This document shows positions 50,401 through 60,738 of a DNA stretch of 64,000 nucleotides, piece after piece (the stretch's first letter is position 1; every line of letters begins with the position of its first letter). Made by a program: the position numbers and the translations under genes. The notes beneath the pieces are model-generated. The model searched no databases. It saw only the letters and a list, made by a program, of their open reading frames with translations, and was not told the origin of the DNA. Where the stretch lies: the NCBI GenBank assembly GCA_012295275.1, contig CM022665.1, positions 28,024,001 through 28,088,000 on the forward strand, given 5' to 3'. The DNA is from Chrysomallon squamiferum (Eukaryota > Animalia > Mollusca).

Positions 50401-53400
50401 TTTACACTTGTGATTTACAGATTAAAACATAGTATGAAGTTAGTATTAATGTTAACTAAAACAAAAGCAGACATCATGAGCTCTTTCCAATCTTTTATTT
50501 ATTTATTTTTTTGTTAAAATGAACTAATAAAATCAAAGCCTTTACACACATATCATTTAATGCTAGCTTTTGTTTTTATTATTATTATTATTATTAGTGT
50601 TTCCTTTCTTTCTATTTATTTATTTATTTATTTATTCAATCATTTCAAATACTTTTTTTTTTCCCTATAATATATATTTGTCAACAGGATTATATTAAAT
50701 CCAACATAAAATAGAAAAAGCCATACATAGTTATACTCTGCTTCTAAGTTTTGTCTAAACACCAAGTCCAAAGTTTCATGAACTACCAATTAAAAACATG
50801 CACTATTATTATAAACTATAATTATAATAATAACCACTATAACATAAAAATTAAAACTAAAATAAAATGTACTGAAAATAAATACAGAATGACAATAAAT
50901 GGTCTGAAATCTGAATAGCTTAAAAAATCTACTTTTTTCTGTTATGCAAAATATGCTCTATTTAATTATGTACATAACACATTGATTTTCTACATTTCAT
51001 ACATTTCTTTCAGGTGTTTTTTTGGTACTCTTCAAGTAAGAAGAAACAGACTGATTAAATACATTTAAAGGATTTCAGATACAAATTAAGTGCACACCAC
51101 TTACCATTATGTTTGAAAGTTTTGATGGTAGCTCCTGACAGTCTGGCTCCAAGAACAATTGATGCATGGTTCATATTATCACTCAGAATCAGACACCCCT
51201 TAGAAAGATAGATTATGTATATTATTGCATAAAATCAGAAATTCCTTAGATATATAATGAATATTGTTTTAAAGAATCAGACATTCCTTAGAAATGAATA
51301 TTACTGCATAAAATCCCTTGTGATAGGATGATACATTGTGAATGTTATTGTACAGAGTCTGACATTCATTGCAACCAGATAGATATGTTATGAATATAAT
51401 TGCAGAGAATCAGACATAACTGTAACAGAAATATCTATAAATGCATATTATCATTTACAATCTGACAACCCTCATAATGAATCAGATAATGAAGCACACT
51501 TGCATTTGCACAGGCACACACATACACAATTTTATAAATATATCACATATTATAGTTAACTGTTTTTATTTATTATGACCTACATTTGCTATCAATATCG
51601 TATGACAACAGAACAACATGGCTGTAATGTTATTTCAGACTCTGAATTAAAAATGTAAAATTAGTAAGTATTATATATCAGATTACCTTTTGCACTAAAC
51701 ATGGAATGTTCATAGAGTTTGTGGCAAAACCCATAGGAAATGTTATAGCTGCCTCTAAGCCTAAGAACTGTGCTAGTAAAGTATCAAGCTCTTTATGAAC
51801 AGCCATGTAACCTAAAATATAAAATATATAAACTGACACACTAACTGGACAGTTAATGACAGTAGTATCAAAATAATAAATTTGTTAATAATCTTTTCTC
51901 TTATCATTATTAATTTTTAATTTAAATAAATTAAATAAATAAATAAATAAATTTAAAAGAATTATATACAAACAAAAAATTCAGTTTTGTTTATTTCAAA
52001 ACAAAAAGTATGTATTATTATGCCTGTATATATTGATAAGCCAAATGCTTCTTAGAGAAATAGGTGCATATGTGTGTCTGTTTATGTATATATGTGAGTA
52101 AATGTATGTATGTATCTATAATGTCTGTTTGTGTTTGTGTGCATATACATCTGTGTGCACCTCTAGCTGTGTTTGTGTGTGTGTGTGTGCATTTGTCTCT
52201 GTCTTGAATGTTTTAAGCATTCCAGTGTCTTGTTAGTTTACTGGTAAATAATAAAATTTAGAACTGTACCATATTCTTGACGTGATGCTCCTATGCCAAC
52301 ACCACACTGCTTGGTGACTTCTTCTACCATGTCAATACATGGTCCTTTGTTTTCTCCAAAACCAAGGTAATTGTACGAACCAAAGTTGAGTACTTTCAAC
52401 CGTTTCCCTGTCAACCTATAAAAAAAAAAAAAAAAAAATACTAAAATAAAATGAAAAAAAAAATTAAAATTAAATAAATTAAATTAAAAAAAAGTAAATT
52501 ATGAACACATACAATGGATTTTTGTAATAAAGAATACGTACATTGGAGCTCTAGCTGGGTAAATAAAGAACCATAGCTGAAACTGTCAAGACTACTTTAA
52601 ACAACATAATTCTGACATATTATAGATTTACAAAATCAGATATACTATATCTAACTGTATTCTTATATACTCTTATAAACTGCATAATGGACTTTATTTC
52701 ATAATAGTATCAAAAACATTATACGAGATATATGTTCCATAAACAAAATAGCTTATTTTATTATATGTGTTTTGACAATATAAATACATAATAATAAAAA
52801 ATCAAATCAAATACATGTTATTAAGATCACTCACTCTAATTTCCAATAATTATCATGACTGACTCTCTCTAAAATGTCAATCTTTGCTCCAGCTACACTT
52901 CCAACTGGTCTGTCCCATGAGTCTCGAACTAAACGAAACATATGTCTGAGGTAGAAATTCTCCCAAGAGGAATAAAGTGGGACAAATCCCTGAAAATTTT
53001 TAAAATTCTTCATTATAATTAACCTCAGTGATTAGGTCACCAAACCATGCTCTAATTCAGTGATTCTCAAACCTTTTAACTATAGTGAAACTAGTATTTT
53101 TATTTTATATTTTTTTTTTCACTTTAGTGTACGAAGGAATTCTCAGTCTATTAAATAGGAAACGCATATTAATGTATTGACAAATTCTGCTTCCCAAACA
53201 TTCTTCCAGAACCCCTGGGTTTGCAATTGTAGATTACAGAAACCCTAAGATTATATGAAATCCATGGTTGGGAATCACTGTTCTAAACTAACTTTCTAAC
53301 ATATCAACACATCCACATTCTTGGATTCTGTGCCTATGACAGACATGTTTAAACATTCACTAGACACATGCATGCTTCCAGTGGTTTAATGAATCAATGT

Positions 53401-56400
53401 TAGCTTACTTTTATTACTGGCTCTATTCCACTTTCAGATTTTTTAATTCCATAATGATAAAGAATGTCTCTAATGTGCCCAAAAATAAACAAGAGAGTAT
53501 AGCTGAGGTATGCAAACATGGCTGGCAGTAGTGGTGTTTCTTCAAATGATTCATAGAAAGTATCCCTCCAGTTTTTTTCAGTATGCTGAAAAATAAAATG
53601 AAATACAAATATTGATATAAATATTAATCCCTTCACAACAGAGGTGGGTACAATCATATAATCATAATGGTAAAAATATGAACTCTTGTAGAAATAGATG
53701 ATATCGGGCATGAAGTAGAACTTCTCACTAACTTTTGCATATTCCTTTAAGAAACTTATACTAATCAGTTTAGTAATCATTTTTACTTATAAAAAACTAC
53801 CAACTTTCATATAAAATATCACATACAGAATATCTATAAGTCATTTCTCACTGACGTCATCCTTTCTTTTTGAACAACTCATATCTTGCACTCATTTAGC
53901 TATATTTTAAATGAATTACAAACAATGTCTATTTTACCCAGAGAACCTCAGGAGCTCATCACATGAAGAAACTTAAGTAAATGCCAAGTAATGTCCATTC
54001 TGATTACATCTGGTAAGTGAGAACAAAACCTGGTTGTAAGTTCATATTTAAATATAAACTAAACAGTGAACAGTAAAAAAGTAAATCTGTATTTAAAAGA
54101 TACAAATTAATACAATTGTAAAACTTATTTTCTTGTAATTCTGGGTTTTCTAGAGAAGAGATAAATGGTCTGCTGCTGTATTTTCAATTAGCAGTTTATT
54201 CATATATCATGAGTCAGCAATAAAACACAAAAATTACAAATTGTGACAGCTGAAGTAGGCACTACAAGTACAGAGAAAATAAAAATCCAAACGATAGTAA
54301 CAGTCATTACAAATACTCCAGAGGTAAAAAAGCCATAAAAAAAAGCAAATAAAATAAAATAAATAAAATAATGTAAAAAACAACAAAAAAAAACAACAAT
54401 AGAAATTAAATTAAATGAAATAAGAAAGAAATATGAAATGAAAAAAATTCAATTTTTGTACTATAATTAAAAAACATTAAAATATAATAATGACATGAAC
54501 AGTCTAAACTTAGAGATGTACTGATAACAAATCAAAGTGAATAAAATTCCAGTAGTCTATAGGAAACTTTCATAACTTGTTACAAAATAATATTTACAAC
54601 AAAAAAAATTATTAAAATAATTTCAGTTTCAGCTTTCAAAAGTCTGCAGATAATATATTCTTTATATTGAGTAATAAGTATCTGCAGCTTGTTTTTCATG
54701 TTCATGTATTTTAATGGAGACAAAAAATATGATAATAAGAATAAATATTGTAGAGGAATAAAAGTAATTTAAATATTTTGTTGTAATATCTTTATATATG
54801 ACCCAATTATTTTTAGATTTTCTCTGAAAGAAACAACATTGGTTTAATCTTAATTTGTAGTTCTGTTTAATGTGACTAGTATTAAATCAGCAATCATACT
54901 GGTTCTGACATTCATAATATTCATGAATAAACAGTCACAACCAGTTATTGTAATATTTCATCATTGTAAATATAAAGAAACCACAATGTAAATCTTAATA
55001 TAAAAACACAGAGAAACAACAAAATATTTATTTCAGTTTAATAGTAATTAAAAAGGAAGAAGCAATAATTTGAATACATACTCAAATCATGCAGTTAAAT
55101 ACTGATACCAGACCATTTATCCAACTTGAAGAAAACTAGAATTACCCAGATGATGTAGTTGCATTTTGTAGATCAGTTTGTAAGTGTATTAATTTGTATT
55201 TTAAATAAAATTTTGTTCTTTAGTTTGCACTGAATATTTTACAAACCTAGGTCTGGAGAGAAAAGGAAAATTCAGAAATCTAGATTACATCAAGATTGCT
55301 TGATACAGGTACCAAACCACGTATCTGGCTTCCAGAAACCCAGAAAATTGGAAAAACTGCTATTTTTGAAACTGGCTACTTGTGAATTAGGCACACTTTA
55401 TTTTAGTTTCCATGATGCCAGTTCAAATGAGAATTTCTAGGTACAGGTGATCCCATCACAATAAGTTAGTATTAGTTTCAGTTTACTCTCATTTTCATTT
55501 ATTATCATATCTGAAAGACTATCAGAAATGCATCTTACTAGTGAAAAGTGTATTCTAAAGATTTTTTAATTAAGACTAAGTGAATTAATAAGAATCAAAC
55601 CAAAATGTATTTATCTGTATGTTAAATACAGTTTCATTCTTTACTTTTAATTATTTAATTTTATATTTGAAGTAAAGATGTAGCTGGTATGAAGAAGTCT
55701 GATAAACGCAGAAAACTGTATCACCTACAGTCCCCAGCTTGATCCTTATTCCAAACTGCTTGGTTCTGGAAGAGGTTCAGATTTTGGATTTTTTCACATT
55801 TTGAAATATAAGTCTAGGAATGAAGCCTAAGTAAAAATTCCATTTATATTTCACATATTGCTGGTACAAATAATCTGCAAGGTTTTTTGGGGTTTTTTTT
55901 ATGTAATATTTTTAATAATTTTATACATAAAATAAAAGTCTGTCCAGACTCATTGGGGCCTGAGGCATTCTGGATTTCTGGATTTTCTGGATTTCTGGAT
56001 TTTCCAGTTTTCTGGTACCAAGGCATCTAAATAAGTAAATAATTAGCCATAAACATTTTAATATTAAAAACATAAAGAAAATTAACAATACACAACTGTG
56101 GTGACTCGACACGTAAACAATGCAGCGAGTGAATGAATGCCATGTGGCTTGAAAAAGTAGTTCCAGGCAGAAGTAGACACAATCTATGAAAAGAGCATCA
56201 GGGAAATAACTTCCAGATAATTGGTCTGCTACCTGTAATATGTCATGTTTTACTTCTTTTCCAGTTATATAAATCTATCAAATATTTTAAGTGCTATACA
56301 GAAATGTTTGAACAAATGTCAGATTATGTATATAGAAACACACCTCAGAAGTATTTGAATATATAAATTATGCACATATATTTCCTTCCTAAGATTACTG

Positions 56401-59400
56401 AATATGCAACAGTGAGCAGGTGTACAATTCATACACACATACACACTCAAACCTAGCATAATCTGTGTGTGTGTGTTTAAACTTAGTACAAAAAGTTAAG
56501 AGCCACCTAATTATATGTTAATGATGCTTTGGCTTGATAGGAAAATTAGAAATAAATGTAACTAATATTACAAACAATGATACATCTGTGTACATTTCAG
56601 TGTACAATGCACATACTGTATGTTAATGTTCACTTGGATACACCAAAATAATGTGATCTTACAGTTCACAGATAAACTGTCTCTAGGTGCTGAAATAAAC
56701 ATCAGCTGACTTACAAGCACATCTATGAACATTTGATGTGAAGAAGGGATTGAACAGTCAGGAATCTGGCTTCTTGGTAAAGGGTCCACTGGTCAGATGA
56801 GTACTGATGGAGACAGGATTAAAGTTGATTTGCTCCTTAATACACTGAAGGTGGTGGGAGATCAGTAACAAATGGTAATGTATTTCATATGGATGCAAAC
56901 TGGTCCCATGCAAGGAATATTAAATGGGGAGATATATAGCTCTGACATGCTTCATCCTATCTGGTGTTGCATTTTGACAAACATCTTCTAAGAGATCAAC
57001 CTATGTAAATGGATTACAATGTTCACTCTCACAGAGGAAGGGTTGTAGTGGGGTTTCTTCAGCAGGTGGCCATACACATGGCTAGACTGCAGAAACCTGT
57101 TTTTCTCTGCACACTCATACTGTTTTTCAGTACCACATGATAATCTCATATGTGATGTAAGCAATGACTTGTTTTCTACTGATGACTCCTAAAAAAACAT
57201 CTTTATTCAATTCTCTTGTTGTTTTGTGTAAAACTTTCATCGTTCTACTTACATGTCTTTCCAAATTTTAATAACATTGCAAACATTTGGTGGCATTTAA
57301 CTTTACAGTCAGTACTACTCAAAAACTATATGGGTATGTTTGTGTGCATTTGTGTGTTGTGTGTGTCTCGACAAAAAAACATTTTTCCTTAAGTTCTTAT
57401 ACATATAACAATGAAACTAAATATTTTTATTATTGTTATTATTTTATGGTTTATTTTGTATGTTTTTCTATTAATAATTAATTCAAAAATAATAACATTA
57501 GACATATTTGGTTTCTTTAGAAACAAAATTTTGTGATTGCTGGATTGATGATCTATTCATCTATTATTCTATTCATCTTTTATTTATTTATATTAAAACA
57601 TTTTTTTTTTTATTAGTACAGTTTTAATGAATAACAATCAGTGTAACAATAAAAAAAAAGTATAGTTTAAAATATCTGGGACCTGGGTTTTTTCCCCTAT
57701 TGTCATCATCTATGTGGACAAAAAAATGGTGGCATTAAGATGCTTTGTAATAGTATTATATTATTGTTACTGATTTATGTTGCTCCAAACAGTAAAATAC
57801 TAATTTGGAAGTATAAAGAATTTTATTAGATATTTTATTTGTACACTTTAATACAGTTCTTAAGGCAAACACTTTTGTCTGGACTATAGGAGATCTGGAA
57901 ACCACATTTCATAGAAAAATCAGTGATTTATGGATTATCAGTTAACCACAGACTTTCCTAGAAGCTAAATGTACTGATGTAATAACTAACAAAAAAGACA
58001 CAATTACATTTTATAAGTGGGTGTTGTAGTTATTTATATAAATATATAATTTTTTTTTGTGTGTGTGTGTGCTAATAATAAGGATAAACATTATATAATA
58101 ACTCTCAGATACCTGGTTTATTAATAAATGATTTTTGTTTTTTAATATGGACTTGGAAAGTTCCAGTTTTATCAGAATTTTGATATATTATCTTAAAAAT
58201 ATAAATAAATTAGGGTTTATGAAATCTGGCAGGTATTGTCAGGATTTTATTTTAATCTGAATATAAATTAGACTGGTGAAATATGCACACAAATTATAAT
58301 ATTTTAAAATCTAAGAATCAAAGATTTGATATCTGCCTTTATTTGTCCTATTGCAATTTTAAAAAAAAGAAGAGAGAGAGACAGAGAAAGAATGAAATTA
58401 TGTAATTAGATAATGATTTCAGTATACTTATCATGGGCACAATGTCTAACTGACTCTTTAATGTTCAGTATTTTTATATGATTTATTAATAATCATTACT
58501 ATGCAGGTAAGTAATGACAACCAGAATATCTTTCTCTCACACTGATGTATGAAGTTAAAGAATTATGTTTTACTTTAAAATATCATTTTTCAATTACCAA
58601 CAACAGGCATCAGAAACAATCCTGATATATGCTTTTCAGTTTGAAGAAATAAAACAAACAAAAACAAAAAAATAATAATAATAAAAAAATAACATTAAAA
58701 AATCCACTAACAAGCAATCCCTGACAACCACTAGTAATTGTGTGTCACAGAATTCAGATTGCATAACAAATTTATCTTTCTGCGACATCTGCCTTTTTAT
58801 TTTCATGCCATGGAATTCAAACTGCATAAGAAAATGTAACTTCAACCACATCCACACTTTTAATTTTTGCTGCCAATTGTTCAACTCCGTGGCATTGTTT
58901 TAAAAGGGCTGGCACTTGGTAATTAAGAAGTGAAGGTGGGGAACTAATGTTTTTGAATGACACTGTCTTTATGGACAAGTATGGTAAGCAAATGTCTATT
59001 CTTATTTTGATAAGGTGTAATGTGCAATTAACCTGTGTCAATAATTTTTAATATACCTAAAATTTTAATTGTTTAATCTGTCCTCTGTGCAGAACTTATT
59101 TTGTCTTGGTTACCTGTATGAGCTTACTTGTATCATTAATCAGAATTACTTAAATATATATATTGTCAATTGTATGGTGTATATCATAATTAAATAATTA
59201 ACGTGAATCTTGTGTTGTGTTTATTTCTCTAGTGGATAAGATAGACTTACTGATTTATATAGATTGCTGTCAATTTAGCATTTATATTCCTTGTTAGGTG
59301 GCCATTAAAACACTTTGTTACCCAAGACTGAGCCTTAATAAAACATACAAGATGTTTAATGGTGTGGGCTGCATGACACAGTGAGTTTTGAATAAACTAG

Positions 59401-60662
59401 TCAGTTTTTATCTTTTAGTATCCATTACTATTTTTAAATATATTACAACATACCAACAATATCAAAATATGTTGACAAACCATTATGATTATTGGTAATA
59501 AATAAATAAGTATATTCAAGTATATCAATAATTTCAAAAACAAAGCAGTCATTGTTGTTTGGTTTTCTTTGTAACCAGCTGGATTAGTCCACAGGTCCAA
59601 GAGATCAATAAAAAAAAATAATAATAATAATAACAACAACAATAACAACCACAACTATAATATACATTACTATTATTGCTAATACTACTATTTTTCTGCT
59701 ACTACAACTATTATTATAATACTGTTACTCCAAGTATCAGTACTGCTACTATTACAACCACCATCAACACTACTAGTTCTACTTCTACTACTACTGCTAC
59801 TGACACCAGTGACAGAAATGGAGGAAATATGCAGTGGGACATTACCCCACTGTTTAGTTTTCAATTCCTCTCCTAGCATGGGATAATAATGAGATGTTTA
59901 TTAGTTAACCTTTGTAAGTGTCTTACAGTATCTAGACTGTCTCCTTTCCGTGGACATTGACATGCTCCTAGTTCCTAAAAAAACACTTCCATCACAGAAT
60001 AGTACTATTACATTATTTGTACTGCTACTACAAGTACTACTGTTATGACTATTACTACCAGTCACTCTCATTATTACTAATGTATTTAACAGCTTCTGCC
60101 ATTATCACTAATATTATTATTACCACAACCCTACTACTACTACTATTATTCTGCTGCTATTATGTCTACTACTACTACTATGACATTATGATATTACTGT
60201 TGTTAACAATAACACTAATAACAACAGCAATAATAATAATAATAATAATAATAATAATTAGCACTGGTCTGTTTATTATTGATGTATGAATAATTATAAG
60301 TTGTAACAGAAAATAACTGAACAAATACAAAGAACCGGTTTCATCAGTAATGGCTATGTCTGGAGCTGTAATCAGTGACTTGCAGTCCCATGCATTTTAT
60401 ACTTTGAAGCAATAAATAATTTAATATTCTAACTCCTTTAAAGGTTCTTTTCTTGGAGAGGCAGCAAATGGGTGATATTTTTAAAATGAATTAATTCTGG
60501 TGTGTGTGTGTGTGAGATACAGTCTGAAGAACTTACCTGAACACGTTTTCCATTGACAATGCCATTCTTTGATCTCTTCATGGCAGAAGTGGTATTTAAC
60601 TGATGATGTGGCAAACTGCTATCTTGATATAATTTTGAGTTCCTAATTTCTGGAATGTTCTG

Positions 60663-60665
<3 letters not shown>
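44392..60665 (-). CDS. SPTLC2: Serine palmitoyltransferase subunit 2 (LCB2) gene span, ~551 aa. Exons 60665-60537, 53585-53409, 52989-52835, 52415-52270, 51811-51687, 51198-51105, 49069-48964, 48630-48411, 47458-47332, 46988-46853, 46288-46159, 45548-45453, 44406-44392
   Basis: Motifs [13 protein letters not shown]...[69 protein letters not shown]-Lys motif GTFTKSF, VVGFPAT...RARFC; all phases match. Confidence 0.97.
44980..45175. repeat. Degenerate ~34-bp minisatellite (ctaggtttaaag...aatattactt)
   Basis: About five diverged tandem copies. Confidence 0.75.
45453..45548 (-). CDS. SPTLC2: SPTLC2 exon 12 ([18 protein letters not shown]...PLT)
   Basis: ttacag|GCT ... ACA|gtgagt (or read-through to TAG at 45422-45420). 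Confidence 0.88.
45740..45850. repeat. Dispersed ~110-bp repeat, copy 1 (copy 2 at 47775-47885)
   Basis: Identical 25-mer agcatcacaaaataatttaaagttt at 45780 and 47813, with colinear flanks. Confidence 0.85.
46159..46288 (-). CDS. SPTLC2: SPTLC2 exon 11 ([43 protein letters not shown])
   Basis: taacag|T ... GAG|gtttgt. Confidence 0.95.
46853..46988 (-). CDS. SPTLC2: SPTLC2 exon 10 (GQHRIDQL...[12 protein letters not shown]...KI)
   Basis: tttcag|GA ... TC|gtaatt. Confidence 0.95.
47332..47458 (-). CDS. SPTLC2: SPTLC2 exon 9 ([12 protein letters not shown]...MSPPVAAQI...DGTNE)
   Basis: tttcag|AAA ... GAA G|gtagta. Confidence 0.94.
47775..47885. repeat. Dispersed ~110-bp repeat, copy 2
   Basis: See 45740-45850. 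Confidence 0.85.
48411..48630 (-). CDS. SPTLC2: SPTLC2 exon 8 (contains DEAH and the PLP-binding GTFTKSF)
   Basis: tcacag|C ATG ... AAG|gtgatt. Confidence 0.97.
48964..49069 (-). CDS. SPTLC2: SPTLC2 exon 7 (DVKDLE...[20 protein letters not shown])
   Basis: taatag|AT ... AG|gtaaat. Confidence 0.96.
51105..51198 (-). CDS. SPTLC2: SPTLC2 exon 6 ([31 protein letters not shown])
   Basis: tctaag|GGG (AAG acceptor) ... G|gtaagt. Confidence 0.95.
51185..51490. repeat. Degenerate ~40-50-bp tandem repeat derived from the SPTLC2 exon 6 acceptor junction
   Basis: About seven copies of agaatcagaca..ccttaga..at(g)aatatt..tgca; the first copy overlaps the real exon start. Confidence 0.8.
51687..51811 (-). 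CDS. SPTLC2: SPTLC2 exon 5 ([10 protein letters not shown]...[16 protein letters not shown])
   Basis: ttttag|GT ... AAG|gtaatc. Confidence 0.96.
52270..52415 (-). CDS. SPTLC2: SPTLC2 exon 4 ([19 protein letters not shown]...SRQEY)
   Basis: ttatag|G ... TAT G|gtacag. Confidence 0.96.
52835..52989 (-). CDS. SPTLC2: SPTLC2 exon 3 ([19 protein letters not shown]...NYWKL)
   Basis: tttcag|GGA ... GA|gtgagt. Confidence 0.96.
53058..53280. mobile_element. hAT-Charlie-type MITE (MER5-like termini)
   Basis: TIRs CAGTGATTCTCAAACC / GGTTGGGAATCACTG; decayed 8-bp TSD ctctaatt / ttctaaac close to the NTCTAGAN target preference. Confidence 0.8.
53409..53585 (-). CDS. SPTLC2: SPTLC2 exon 2 ([20 protein letters not shown]...FGHIRD...VIK)
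   Basis: tttcag|CAT ... AAA|gtaagc. Confidence 0.95.
55735..56025 (+). mobile_element. Tc1/mariner-pogo (Tigger4/Zombi/MER46-like) non-autonomous element; related fragment at 55304-55350
   Basis: cagcttga.tccttattccaaactgcttgg...ttcagattttggattttttcacattttgaaatat and aaattccatttatatttcacata...aatatttttaataattttatacataaaataaaagt follow the recalled Tigger4 consensus; GGATTT(T)CT subterminal repeats. Confidence 0.65.
59620..60260. repeat. Low-complexity AAT/AAC/ACT trinucleotide region
   Basis: Interrupted trinucleotide runs; source of several spurious ORFs. Confidence 0.85.
60537..60665 (-). CDS. SPTLC2: SPTLC2 first coding exon (MQNIPEIR...[10 protein letters not shown]); the exon itself starts at 60760
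   Basis: Acceptor ttttatttcag at 60761; ATG 60665; CAG|gtaagt donor; phase 0 matches exon 2; NGxxNG-like N-terminus as in SPTLC2. Confidence 0.75.
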
Positions 60666-60696
<31 letters not shown>

Positions 60697-60702
60697 GTTA
60701 TA

Positions 60703-60738
60703 TCACATGAATACTTTTGGAAAGTTTAGGCAATTCAT
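60703..60738 (-). promoter_or_regulatory. Upstream ORF (MNCLNFPKVFM*) in the SPTLC2 5'UTR
   Basis: aacATG at 60738, TGA at 60705-60703, inside the same exon as the main ATG. Confidence 0.55.

Noticed and set aside
53852-53859. Isolated TGACGTCA in SPTLC2 intron 1
   Set aside because: Single site with no CpG-rich or motif context
59415-60289. Poly-Leu/Thr/Tyr/Ile ORFs that look like membrane or mucin proteins
   Set aside because: Translations of trinucleotide microsatellites
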